Assembly: GCA_963749205.1 (NCBI GenBank)
Contig: CAVVLW010000009.1
Span: forward strand, 53,622 to 117,621
Direction of reading: 5' to 3'
Length of the DNA: 64,000 bases
DNA from: an uncultured Thermoplasmata archaeon
Lineage (GTDB): Archaea; Thermoplasmatota; Thermoplasmata; Lutacidiplasmatales; UBA184
The position numbers and the translations under genes are program-made. This document shows positions 1 to 11,045 of this stretch, piece after piece (position 1 is the first letter of the stretch; each line of letters opens with the position of its first letter). The notes beneath the pieces were generated by a model, which was given only the letters and a program-made list of their open reading frames with translations, did no database searches and had not been told where the DNA came from.

Positions 1-63
1 GGCAGGAGGAGCCAGAGAACAGCGAGCGCGGACGATTCGAACGGATCCAGCACGGGACCCCCG

Positions 64-1650
64 TTAGGGCTCCCGCACGAACCGCTCGATCGACGCCGCT
101 ACCGCCGCGATCTTCCGAGGGTCGACGCTCTCCTCGGCTTCGTGGATATGGGACTCGGGGTCACACACCCCGAAGACGAGGGCGGGCATCGGCTGGTTCG
201 TCGGCGTGCGGAGGTTCCGAAGCGCGCTCGCGTCTGTTCCGCCGTACTCTCCTCGGATTCCGTGCACTCCGAGGGTATCGCGGAGGATCCCCTCGAGCTT
301 GATCAGCGCGGGGTGGTCGAGCGGCAGGGCGTAGCCGGCGCGGCCCCCACCGGGGGGGGACTCGATGCGGGCGAGCGGGGCATGCGCCGCGGTCCAACTG
401 CGAACGTAGCTCAAGGCCGCGTCGATCCCCTCCTTGAACTCCATCTCGGGTGGGAGCCGTAGGTCGATGACGAAACGCGGCGTGCACGTCGCCCGACCGT
501 CGAGCCATCCGCGGTCGATCGCCGCCCGCAGGATCGTGAACGTGACCGGGACCGGGTTGTGAGCCCGGTGGGGGTAGCCGCCGTGCCCGGATTCCCCGAC
601 GAGCTGCATCGCCTGGGCCCCGGGCGGAATGACAAGGGCCGCCGCTCCGGCCGACTCGAGCCGGTACGGGGCGGGGACCAATGCCGAGAGCCGGGTGCGC
701 AGTGTGTCGACCTCGGCGGCCGGCCCCCCGACGACCCACGTAACCACGCGAGCGATCTGGTTGCCCGCGTCGTTCTCGGAGTGGGCAGCCAACAGACGGA
801 TATGGGCTGGGTCGGGGACGGTGCCTTCGAGATCGAAGCGGGTCACGGTCGCCCGGCCCGTGATCACGGGCTCCGGAGCGTGGCGGTCCGGCCAATCCGG
901 TGAGAGGTACTCCGATTTCCAAGTGCGCGCCACTTCATGAAGGCCGACGAGCGCGCTCCCGTAGGCCAGCGTGTCGAGCAGGGATACCGGCGCGGAGAAC
1001 GTCCCGACGAGCCCCCCCGCTCCGCTCGAGCCCGCGGTCGCCAGCGGGCTACCGTCGGGAATCAGGGCAACGTCTCCTTGGAGGAGCCGTTCCGGGTCGT
1101 CCGGGGCTCGGAGGCCATCGTGTTCCTTGACCGCCTCCACCCCGCCCTCGCCCCCGGTCTCCTCGTCGCAGCACGCGATCAGGCGAACGTTCCGGGGCGA
1201 CGGCGTCGGTCCATTCGCGAGGCGACGCATCGCCTGCAGGGAAGCGACGACCCCACCCCCGAGGTCATCGGCGGCGCCACGACCGTAGAGACGACCGTCG
1301 GACCGCAACGACAAGCTGTGCGGCGGAGTGCGCCATCGCGGCCACTGCTCGGCCGGGACCGGCACGACGTCGAAGTGCGCGAGGATGAGCACGGTCTCCT
1401 TCGCGCCGACGTCGAGGTCGATGATGACGTTCGGTCGGTTGGCACCCTGCCAGTCCCCCGGGATGTCCCCCGCGACCAGCGGGTCGTAGATGCGGGTCGA
1501 TAGGCCCGCGGCCCGGGCAGCCCGGACGATCACGTCCGCGGCCCGGAGGTAGTTGGCCTTATCCACCCGCTGGTGCGCCCGATCGATGAGATTGGTCGGA
1601 GCGGCGGCGACCAGCTGGGTGAGCAGTCGGAGCGACTCCTCGTCGCCCAT
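64..1650 (-). CDS. M20/M25/M40 family metallo-hydrolase (DapE/ArgE-like)
   Basis: Motifs HFDVVP, GRGAADD, DEETGG and C-terminal HIHEAEE. Start taken at MGDEESL (ORF extends to 1692). Confidence 0.85.
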   Translation of the reverse strand: MGDEESLRLLTQLVAAAPTNLIDRAHQRVDKANYLRAADVIVRAARAAGLSTRIYDPLVAGDIPGDWQGANRPNVIIDLDVGAKETVLILAHFDVVPVPAEQWPRWRTPPHSLSLRSDGRLYGRGAADDLGGGVVASLQAMRRLANGPTPSPRNVRLIACCDEETGGEGGVEAVKEHDGLRAPDDPERLLQGDVALIPDGSPLATAGSSGAGGLVGTFSAPVSLLDTLAYGSALVGLHEVARTWKSEYLSPDWPDRHAPEPVITGRATVTRFDLEGTVPDPAHIRLLAAHSENDAGNQIARVVTWVVGGPAAEVDTLRTRLSALVPAPYRLESAGAAALVIPPGAQAMQLVGESGHGGYPHRAHNPVPVTFTILRAAIDRGWLDGRATCTPRFVIDLRLPPEMEFKEGIDAALSYVRSWTAAHAPLARIESPPGGGRAGYALPLDHPALIKLEGILRDTLGVHGIRGEYGGTDASALRNLRTPTNQPMPALVFGVCDPESHIHEAEESVDPRKIAAVAASIERFVREP

Positions 1651-1705
1651 CGTCGCCGCGGCGCCCTTTAGGTCCGGTTCCGAGGAGACCACGTCGACCT
1701 CCGGA

Positions 1706-3521
1706 TCACTTCAGGGCGAATGTGACGACGAGGGAGCTCATCAGCAGGAGGAGGAACGTGGCGACCGCCATGTTCGTGAACATCGACAGGGTGTCGCCGA
1801 GCGAGGTCAAAAGCCGTGCGGTGAACCCGGGTCCGAGGACCTGGACCGAGGGGACATCCTTCGAACCGAAGTAGGCCTCGGCGGGAGCAAGGTCGGCCTT
1901 TGCGCTCTCGAGGACCGCCGCTGCGTCCCGCGTGAGCGCTTCGAGGGAGTAGCGCTCTCCGACCGGGTTGATGCCCCGTCGACCTCGTGGACGACGTGGT
2001 TGTCGGTCGTGAGCACCTCCGCGACGTCGACGACCCGCTCGAGCGCCCGGACGATCGGGTCCCGGAATCCCTGAACCAGGTTGTTTCCGTCGATGAGGAC
2101 GTACCCCGAGGTCCGGCCGGCGGCTCGGATGACGAGGGCGCGAATTCCCTGGGGTCCGATCCCGGTCACGCCGATGCTGTAGCCTCCCCGTCCCGCGACC
2201 CCTACCTCGATCCCGCCGGGGACCGCCGCGGCCTGGGCGGCCTGGAGGGCGGCTCTGGTATCGGCGACGAGCTTCTCGGCGGTCGGGGTGCCGTAGGTGA
2301 TGTCGCCCTTCCCTTCGACGTACGAATTGTGGGCATCGATGAGCGCGAGGCGAAGGGTCCCATCCCGCCCGAGCTCCCGGTCGATCCGGTCCCCGACGCT
2401 AAACGCGATATCGTCGGTCGGGTCGGGCGCCTGCGTCATGACCACCAACGCGACATCCCCGATCCGCTGGACGCGAGCGAGACTTCCGCGATACGGAGAA
2501 ACTGAGCGGACTCACCCGGTGCGCCACCGGGGGGCCGAACGAGCGGAGGACCTCTCGGCCGGCGGCGCCAATCCGGTCGACCGCGCTCTCCGCGGGAAGG
2601 TCGAGATCATGGTCGCAGGGCGTGTGCGGCACCAGCACGACGCCGGCATCCGTCCCGAGCTGGTCGGAGAGCTTTCGGGGGAGGTCGCTCGCCCCAAGGG
2701 CGGCGAACGGCCCCGGGTGCACCGTCGGGAGCGCGACCGTGGCGCGCGCCTTCCCGTCCCGGAAGAACGAGAGGAGGCTGACCCGCAGGTCGACCGGGAA
2801 CGAGTGCTTCTCGAAAAACGCCTCGAGCGCTCTCGTCGCCGCCGGGTCCCGCAAGGCGACGTGGTCGATCAACGGTCGGATGAGAGAGATCCCCGAGCTC
2901 TGGAACTCCCGGCGGAGCGGGCGGTCGGCGGCGCGAAGGAGGACGACCGCGCACAGGAATCCGATCGCGAGGAAGAAGAACGCGGCGACGACCACGTGCA
3001 GGGTCGGCGGGGCGAGGACGGAGAGACCGAGCAGGGAGAGGACCGGCTGTAAGAGGGTACCGGGGAGCGAGAGGGCGTGGCTGGGTCGCGACAGGCCGAA
3101 GAGGCTCATATGTCGGAACCAGACCGCGGGTCCCGCGAGGAACACCCCGAGAAAGACGACGCTCGGGACCTGGGTGGGCCACACCATGAGCGCCCCGCGC
3201 CACACGAGCGCGATCGGGAGTTGCACCCCCAGCACGAGAAGCGACAGGAGCATCGCTCGCCGGAACTCGAGCCGGCCCCCGAGCGCCCGGGAGAGGGGAG
3301 TCGTGGCGAATCGCCGCGATCAGCGCCGGGAACGCGAACCCGAGCAGTAAGCCTTCCCCGACGAGCGTGACGTTGGGCCACCAGAGTACGAAGGCGAGCG
3401 CCGCGCTGAGCCCGAGGATCCCACCGATCGCGACGGGGGGGCTGGGGGCCCGGAAAATCAGGGTGCCCCGATGCACAACGCCCGGTCCAGTATCGCTGGA
3501 AGGAGGACCGTCAACGGCCAC
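1706..3521 (-). CDS. DUF2070 family membrane protein (neutral ceramidase-like), frameshifted
   Basis: Multi-TM N-terminus plus VHPGPF, PHTPCDHDLD, IDAHNS, IDGNNL and TTDNHVV motifs, spread over ORFs 2399-3253 and 1807-2448. C-terminal TM helix ends near 1706. Confidence 0.8.
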
Positions 3522-4278
3522 GATCGCGTCGCACCTCCTCAAGGATCCCGCGGAAACCGTCCCCCAGCCCCTCTTCCTCAGTGATCGTCCCGGTCACGAG
3601 CAGCTGAGCTCCCGCGTCGAGGAGCGAGCGGGCGTCAGCGCCGGTGCGGATGCCTCCACCCACGACCAGGGGGATCGAGAGCGCCGAGCGCACCGCCCGC
3701 ACCATCGGTGCGGGCACGGGAGCGGGGGCTCCGGACCCCGCCTCGAGATAAACGAAACGCATCCCCAGTAGCTCCGCGGCGAGGGCGTACCCGGCCGCGG
3801 CATCGACGTCCTCCCGGGCAACGACGTCGACCTGACCGACCTCTCCGACCCGCATTCCGGGGGCGATCACGAGGTAGCCGAGGGGGATCGCCTCGAGGCC
3901 CATGCTCCGGACGACCGGGGCCGCTCGGGCATGCGTACGGATAACGAGGTCCAGGTTGCGGGAGTTGAGTAGGCTCATGAACAGGACGGCGTCGGCCTCG
4001 GGCGTGAGGGAAGTCGCGCCCTCCGGAAAGATCACGACGGGCGCGTCCACCTCGGCCTTGACCGCGGAGGCGGTCGCGCCCATGACCTCCCGGGAGATCC
4101 CGGTCGACCCACCCAGCAAGATGACATCGCTTCCTAGGTCGACCGCCCCACGAGCGACCTTTGCTGCCCTCTTCCCGGGGGATTTGTCGGGGTCGATCAG
4201 CGTGAAATGGACCGGTCCCTTCTCGAGATGCTCGTGGAGATACTCCTCCACCCGGCCGTGCCGGCGAGAGGGCGTCAA
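3511..4278 (-). CDS. geranylgeranylglyceryl phosphate synthase (GGGPS)
   Basis: HFTLIDPDK, LLGGSTG, FMSLLNSRN, YLEAGSGA, VGGGIR. Confidence 0.95.
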   Translation of the reverse strand: MTPSRRHGRVEEYLHEHLEKGPVHFTLIDPDKSPGKRAAKVARGAVDLGSDVILLGGSTGISREVMGATASAVKAEVDAPVVIFPEGATSLTPEADAVLFMSLLNSRNLDLVIRTHARAAPVVRSMGLEAIPLGYLVIAPGMRVGEVGQVDVVAREDVDAAAGYALAAELLGMRFVYLEAGSGAPAPVPAPMVRAVRSALSIPLVVGGGIRTGADARSLLDAGAQLLVTGTITEEEGLGDGFRGILEEVRRDRGR

Positions 4279-5123
4279 CGGAACGCCACCGCCAGGAACG
4301 CAAGCAGTGCGACGGTCATCGCGACCTTGCTCATCGTCTGCTCCCAGTGGAGCCGTTGGGGCAGGAAGGCCACCGACACCACGAAGACCGCATCGGCGGC
4401 GAGGACCAGCCCGAGATACATAATTCCGGCTACCGAGGCGACGTGGACGAACCAGAACAACGGAACGAAGCTCAGCGCGATCGCCGTACCCGCTGCCACC
4501 CGAGCCACCACCCCGGAGACGGAAAGACCGTGGGTCTTGGGAAGGGTCTGCCGCGTCACGTCCCCTGCGACGTCTTCCATGTCCTTGATGACCTCACGGC
4601 TCAGCGTCGCGAGGAAGGCCATCGCAGCGAACGGGGCGAGCAGGAGGGCATTTCCCCCAGCGGCGCCCCCATACAGGAAGACCAGTCCGGTGAGCAGAGC
4701 GACCGCGAGGTTGCCGCTGAGCCCTGCCGCCTTCAACCGAAACTCGTAGCCGAGCATGGTCGCGAGCGCGATCGCGAGGACCACTCCTACCAGCGGGTAC
4801 AGCAGGATGACCGGTAGCGCGGCCTCAATCCCGCCCACGAACAATCCGATCGCGATGATGCGCGCGCCCTGAACGGAAATCGCGCCGGTGACCAAGGGTC
4901 GGTCCGGATGGTTGACGCGGTCGCCTTCGACGTCCTCAAGGTCGTTGAGGACGTTCCCGCCCGCGGTCACAAGCGCTGTCGACATGGCGGCGAGAAGGAG
5001 GATCGCCCAGAACTCGAGGGACCCCGCGATGCCCATTCCGTGCGCGACGAGCCCCCCCACGACCGTCCCCACGAAGGAGACGACGAGGTTCCCCACGCGC
5101 ACCAGCCGCAGCGCCGGATGCAC
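4275..5123 (-). CDS. digeranylgeranylglyceryl phosphate synthase (UbiA family, DGGGPS)
   Basis: NDxxDxxxDxxNHPDRPL and REVIKDMEDVAGD motifs, multi-TM; 4-bp overlap with GGGPS. Confidence 0.93.
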   Translation of the reverse strand: MHPALRLVRVGNLVVSFVGTVVGGLVAHGMGIAGSLEFWAILLLAAMSTALVTAGGNVLNDLEDVEGDRVNHPDRPLVTGAISVQGARIIAIGLFVGGIEAALPVILLYPLVGVVLAIALATMLGYEFRLKAAGLSGNLAVALLTGLVFLYGGAAGGNALLLAPFAAMAFLATLSREVIKDMEDVAGDVTRQTLPKTHGLSVSGVVARVAAGTAIALSFVPLFWFVHVASVAGIMYLGLVLAADAVFVVSVAFLPQRLHWEQTMSKVAMTVALLAFLAVAFR

Positions 5124-5275
5124 GCCGACGGATGGCCGAGCGGGTCGCTTAACCGTTTGCTTGAACCGCCCTCGGGGCGAAGGTGTCGGGGAGCGGCCGC
5201 TCGGTGGGTCCAGGAGCCGCTGCTTACGCCCCAGTTCGCGGCCCGTTATATGCCCCCGCGCCTCGATGGGGAGGA

Positions 5276-6596
5276 ATGGTCCGTTCGCGAGTTCCGAGAC
5301 CCGCGGTCGACCAATTCCGCCTCCCGAACGGTCTACGGGTCATCCTCGCTCCGAATCCGGCGAGCCCGACCGCGAGTGTCTGGGTCTGGTATCGCGTCGG
5401 GTCCAAGAACGAGCATCCCGGGATTACGGGCGCGTCCCACTGGGTCGAACACATGCTGTTCCAGGGGTCACCCCGGTACGGGAAGGGAGCGATCGACCGG
5501 GCGATCGTCAGCCTGGGCGGGGAGCTGAACGCGTTCACGGACACCGACTTCACCGCCTACTTCTCGACCGTCCCGCGGGAGTCCCTCGCCGTACCGCTCG
5601 ACATCGAGGCCGACCGCATGACGCGAGCGCTGATCACCGACAAAGAGGTCGAACGCGAGCGCACGGTGATCCATTCGGAGCGCGAGGGGAACGAGAACTG
5701 GCCCGAGTTCCGAGTGGAAGAGGAGCTCTACCAGCTGGCGTTCCGAGTTCATTCCTATCGGTGGGAAGTCTTGGGTCGTCGGACCGATATCGAACGACTG
5801 ACTCCGAGCGAGTTGCGGGACTACTATCATCGGTTCTACGGGACCCGCAACGCCGTCCTCGTCGTCGCCGGCGGGTTTGACCGCGCGGCGGTCGCCCGGG
5901 ACGTCGCGGCGTCGGTTCTCGCGCTTGCCCGCGAGCGGGAGCGACGTGGCCGTGGACGACGCGGAGCCGCCCGCACGCGGCGAGCGGCGAACGGAGCTCT
6001 CGGGGCCGGGCACGACCCCGTACCTCCAGATGGGGTGGCGCTCTCCGGCGGTCCACGACCCCGAGACACCGGCGACGATGGTGATCGACACTGTGCTGGG
6101 AGGCGAGACTCGGCTCTTCTCCGCGGGTGCCGGATGGGGTCGCGCGAGCGAACACCCCTCGGCACGCCTCTATCGCGCGCTGGTCGACACCGGACTCGCG
6201 GTCCGGGCGACGAGCGAGTGGAGGCCGCGCGATTACCCTTCGCTTTTCACTGTCCAAGCCCAGGCCGTGAAGGGGGTGTCGCTCGACCGCCTTGAATCTG
6301 CCGTCAACACGGTCGTGGCGCGCTTGGCGCGAACCGGTCCTACTCCCCGGGAGCTCGACGACCTCCGCGCAAAGATTCGCCGAGGCGCCGCGTTGTCGTA
6401 CGAAGGCGCCTCTCGCACCGGGTTCCGCCTGGGATACTTCTCGACCCTCGGCTCTCCCGAATACGAGGACGAACTGTTCCACTCCCTCCTAAGGGTCACC
6501 GCCGGCCAGATCCGAGAACGCGCCCGGGACCTCTTCCGCGCCGAGAGCCGAGTCGTAGTGCGCTACACCCCGAAAACGGAGGGCGAGGACGATTAG
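5276..6596 (+). CDS. M16 (pitrilysin family) peptidase, catalytic subunit, frameshifted near 5900
   Basis: LPNGLRV, VGSKNE, HWVEH (HxxEH), NAFT, ERERTVIHSE. Confidence 0.9.
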
Positions 6597-6633
6597 CGAG
6601 TCCGACCCGCTCCGGCTCGAGTACGGAGCAGAG

Positions 6634-7859
6634 GTGGCCGGCCTCTGCGTCGTGCGACAAGCCCCACCGGTGGGCGCCGCCAGTTTCTCGGCGAGCTATG
6701 TGGGTCCGGCCGGATGGGGGTTCGACCCCGTCGGAGAGGAGGGTGTGGCCCGCATCGTCAACCATCTGGTCACGGTGGCCGCTGGTCGGTATGACCGCGT
6801 CGCTCTCGCCCGGCGGCTCGACCGCGCCGGCGCCACGCTGTCCAGCCACGACAGCCCCGAAACGGTCCAGGTGACGATCTGGGGACCGGTGGAGGATTGG
6901 GAGTCGTTGCTCTCGTTGCTCGCTCAGGTGGTGCTCGAGCCCCGATTCGACCCGGACGACCTTGCCCGGGTCCGACGGCAGATGTTCGAGCGTCAGCTGC
7001 GCGAGAGAACCCAGCCGGGGAGCCGCGCGGAACTCGAGCTGCTTCGAGCGGTCTTTCCGAAGGGCCATCCCTACCGGGCGACGGGGTTCGGCGGCCGGGC
7101 GTCCGTGACCAGCCTGACCCGTTCCCGACTCGCGCAGTTCCATCGCGAACACTACACCAGCGGCGGCGCCTCTGTCGTGCTCACGACCCCCGCCCCGCTT
7201 CGGACCGTCGAGCGGGCGGTGCGCGAGCAGCTCGGCGCCTTCCCGATCCGAACCGGTCCGCGGCTCCGCATGCCAAGGATGACGACGGTGCGACCGAAAG
7301 AAATCCAAGTCGACCTTCCGGGCCGGTCGCAGGTCGAAGTGCGCCTCGGGGGCCCCTCCGTCGCCCGGTCTTCCCCCGATACCCGGCGGCGTTCCTCGCG
7401 AACGAGGCGCTCGGCGGTCGGCCCATGCTTGCCCGGCTCTTCCAGCGGGTCCGCGAACAGAACGGGCTCGCCTACCACGCCTCGAGCCACCTCGAAACGA
7501 TGCGGCTGGGGGGAGTCTGGTCGGCGGGAGCAGGCACCGGAGCGGACCGATGGCGCAGGGTCGTGCCGATGCTCGAACAGGAGGTGAACCGTCTCCGCCG
7601 GGTTCGAATGTCCTCGAAGGAGTTGCGCTCGGTGCGGGAGAGCGCGATCGGCGAGATCCCTCTCGCTCTCGAATCGACCTCCGACGCGCACGCCCTCGCG
7701 GTCGACGCAGCGTATCATGAGCTCCCTCCGGACTTCTGGCTGAACTGGCCCGCCCAGCTCCGCGCAGTGACCCCCCGCGACGTGCTCCATGCCGCGCGCA
7801 CCGCGTTCGACCAGAATCGGTCGGTCACCGTCGTGGTCGGTCCCGTTCGCTCGGGCTAG
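6634..7859 (+). CDS. M16B peptidase non-catalytic partner subunit, frameshifted near 7380
   Basis: HPY, RLFQRVREQNGLAY; HxxEH replaced by RIVNH; adjacent to the catalytic subunit. Confidence 0.85.
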
Positions 7860-7972
7860 GTCGCCCAGGACCCGGCCGGGGCCCCCGGTCCGCGGCCCTC
7901 GCTGCTTCCGGTCGCTCGGGGCGGAGCGGATTCGCCAATACGCACATATACGTCCCTTGCTCAGGGAGCCGC

Positions 7973-8236
7973 ATGCGGCTCCAGCAGAAGGGAGACTCGC
8001 CCGTCCAAGGGATGCTTCGGAAGAACATCACAATCACGCCGGACGAGGAGGAGTTCCTCGCCCGCCACCCTGAGATTAACCAGAGCGCGCTGTTCCGGCA
8101 GATCGTGGAGAGCCTGATGCTCGCCGAGCGCAGCCCGAGCGTGGCGTCGACCCAGCAGGTTCGCCTCGGGAAGGCGGTCTACCGGTCGGGCGCGATCATG
8201 TTCCAGAGGCCGACCGAGAAGCGCACGGAGCGTTGA
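7973..8236 (+). CDS. small ribbon-helix-helix-like protein
   Basis: RKNITITPDEEEFL...INQSALFRQIV is a beta-alpha-alpha RHH pattern. Confidence 0.6.
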   Translation: MRLQQKGDSPVQGMLRKNITITPDEEEFLARHPEINQSALFRQIVESLMLAERSPSVASTQQVRLGKAVYRSGAIMFQRPTEKRTER

Positions 8237-9055
8237 GACCCGACGCCCGCGCGGGAGCCTCGCCGTCCCGGAGTCGTGGTCCCACTCCGGTGAGCGCCGG
8301 TAGCCTGGCGTCATCCGCGCGCGAATAGAGGATGCCTTCGACGCCCGGGGTTCCGTTCCAGGCCGCCCGGGCGGTCGGTGCATCCAGCACCTCGAGAGCG
8401 TGCCGGGAGATTAGGTGGCCGAACGCCCAGCTCCTACGGCGGGCGAGGTCGGTGAAGTGCGGGGCATAGTGCCCCCCTCCGACCCCAAGCGCGACGCGGT
8501 CGAGAGGGTCCGGCGCGATCTCGGGGATCACGCGCGCCAGTATTCGTACCGCTTCCTCGGGAGGATGGGGGGCAGTGCCGTATCCGATCTCGACGAAGAA
8601 CGCGGGGAGCTCCACCTCAGGACCGTGGTGGGTCGACTCGAACGTTACGGCCACCTGCGCGCCGCGCGCAACCTCGTCCAGCCCGCGCAGCGCCGCGGTC
8701 ATCCGACGCGGGTCGGTGGGGGCCAGAATCCGTGGTCTGCCGCCGACCTCGGCGTTCGGGCCGGGATTTCCGAGGGGGTGCACCGTAAGGCACTCGATGT
8801 TCTGTTCGCTCCGGTGGATGGAAGGGAAGATGAGGGTCGGGTGTCGGCCCCGCAATTCGGCCGGAAGTCGAAGGTCGACCCGTTCGTCGTGGATGTGAAG
8901 GCCCGGCCGGGCAGGAGGAAGGAGTCGGGGCCTAACTTCCGGATAGGGGCCCCGTCCACGACCCATCCCGTGGCCTCGCGCGTCCCCCAGTGGTCCGCCA
9001 CGAGCGAGGCGACCGGGTCGACCGCCGACACGAGTACGACATACGGTGAGTCCAT
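8196..9055 (-). CDS. dtdA: archaeal D-aminoacyl-tRNA deacylase (DTD2), frameshifted
   Basis: DPVAS N-terminus, SIHRS, LTVHPLGN, ESTHHGP, FVEIG, GGGHYAP, FGH. Confidence 0.9.
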
Positions 9056-9387
9056 CGACCCGTCACTGCCGGGAGGCTCAAGAGATTGCAGGGACCGGTC
9101 GGTGGCCGTCCGTTGGGGAAAGACGCTTCGGGGCGATCTCAGGGGCTTGTAGCCTCGAGCCTGGCCCGGGCTCTTCGGCAATCTGAGCTCTGAGAGAGCG
9201 GGAGGTGTCCTCCCCGAGAGGTCCCGAGTTAAGTGGGGGGCGTGATCCGAACGCCGAAGATCTACCGAACCCCGCGTTTCCAAAGAGGTCCTAGCAGGGG
9301 CCCGGTCGTTCGCGGGGACCCCGCTGCCGAAACTACTTGAAGCGGGGGGGCGCATCTTACCGACGCTGGCGACACTCCTCGAGAGGG

Positions 9388-10297
9388 ATGCCGCAGGGGG
9401 TCCACCGCGGCCGCGAACAGTCCATCCGCCCCAGGGACCGAACTCCGCATCTCGACGGGCAACCGCGGCCTGGACTCGATGCTCGAAGGTGGGGTGATCG
9501 CCCGGCGCCCGTATCTCCTCGTGGGCCCGGCGGGCACCGGAAAAACCACACTCGCGCTACAGTTCTTGTGCGAGGGGGCGCGTCGCGGCGAGCGTTCCCT
9601 CTTGGTCAGTCTCGAGGAGCCACCGAACGAATGCCGGTTCAACCACCGGGGCCTCGGTCCCGAGTTCGAACGCGTCGAGGTGTTCGACGCTGATCCCGGA
9701 CGTCATGCACTACGAACGGGTACCGTTCAAGGATATTTCGGCGGTTCGCTCGGCGATGCCGTTCAGCCATGTGCCGTTCGTCATCCGACGTACCCCGGAG
9801 CTCACGGGCGTCGAGGTGACGATCACCGCACTCGAGCAGATGCTCCGCAGCGAGGTCGCCCGTCTCGGGTACGCTCGGGTCGTCATCGATTCGCTGACCG
9901 CGCTCCAGTACTTCTGCATGAAGGGACTCGACGAGGTCGCCGGCGCCCAGACGTTCCTGCGGTTCCTCTCGGACCTCCAGGTCACGACGTTCCTCACGGT
10001 CGAGTCCTCGCTCGAGGAGGTCGACTCGGTCGAGCGGATGCTCGCCCGCGGAGTGATCCGATTGTTTCGCTGGGAGCAAAACGGGTCGACGGTCCGCGCG
10101 ATCGGGGTGGAGAAGTTCCGCGGCAGCTCCCACGACGTGAGGCTGCACCCTTACCGTATCGGCCCCGACGGCCTCGACATCAACGTCGGGCTCACGATCT
10201 CGCGGCGAGGCGGCAAGGCGTGGAGGAGGCCCTAAGGACCGAGGTTGGAAAAACCGGCGATTTCGTCGGAGCGAAATCGGAACCGCCGCGCGAGTGA
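9388..10297 (+). CDS. RAD55/KaiC-family RecA-superfamily ATPase, frameshifted
   Basis: TGNRGLDSMLEGG, Walker A GPAGTGKT, SLEE, VVIDSLT, VEKFRGSSHD. Confidence 0.88.
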
Positions 10298-10585
10298 CCG
10301 AGAACAGCGACCGGGTCGGACGAGATTTCCCCCTTGGGGATGGTGCTCCCGGCGGAAGTTTCCCGGGCCTGTCCGTGAGGGCCGGCCGTTTTGAACCCGC
10401 GTCAGAGGCTCGAGAGGCCTCTATCCTTGACCACTAGACTACGGGAGCGCCCGGGCTCCGTAGGGGGCTCGCTCTTTGAGCCTTTCTCCGTGGGCTACGG
10501 GGGGGCCCCCATCCTTCCGCCCATCGGCGGCAGATAGTGCCCCCGGGCCGAAGCCCCTAAGAGGCCCCCCGTTCCTCTTCCGTCC

Positions 10586-11041
10586 GTGACCCCGCCCGTG
10601 AAGGCCCGCAGTGGCCACATCCTCCTCGACCCGAAGCGCTCGTACCAGGACCTCGTCCGGGTCTATCCGGAGATCCACCGGCGCGTGGTCGAGATGAATC
10701 GACCGTTCGTGAAGGAGACCGACCCCCTTCTCCCCGAGGTACTGCTCGATGAGAATCTCCGGGACTTGAAGGGGGATCGCAAGCCCACCGGATACAACCG
10801 GGAAGATGCCTTCGGCCTCCGCCTCATCTTCCCGCTGTCCGATGAACGGCGGGCGGAGTTCTATTTCACGAAGCCGGCGCGGTGCCAGGAAGTCGTGCAG
10901 ATCACCGAACAGGTGTCGGTCCTGCTCCGCCGCCGCGGCATCAAGCACACGGTCGAGTACGATCGCCTACCGCTCGGCCCGCCGCGCGGACCTCCGGGCC
11001 TTCCCCCCATCGGGGCGGCGACCAGCTTCGCTTCCAGTTAG
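10586..11041 (+). CDS. hypothetical protein
   Basis: Intact ORF with typical codon usage and a globular composition; no family recognised. Confidence 0.6.
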   Translation: MTPPVKARSGHILLDPKRSYQDLVRVYPEIHRRVVEMNRPFVKETDPLLPEVLLDENLRDLKGDRKPTGYNREDAFGLRLIFPLSDERRAEFYFTKPARCQEVVQITEQVSVLLRRRGIKHTVEYDRLPLGPPRGPPGLPPIGAATSFASS

Positions 11042-11045
11042 ACGG

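Noticed and set aside
6634-7859. M16 subunit lacking HxxEH
   Set aside because: Catalytic/non-catalytic M16B pairs are well known.
9100-9385. Possible RNase P or other ncRNA in the DTD2-KaiC intergenic region
   Set aside because: No GAGGAAAGUCC or 3' P4 signature; only generic GC-rich hairpins.
10330-10570. SRP RNA-like words (CAGGCCCGG...CCGGGAGCA on minus; GGGCCGAAGCCC on plus)
   Set aside because: The motifs lie on opposite strands, the helix-8 GNRA geometry is wrong, and the second word sits at the promoter position of the 10586 gene.
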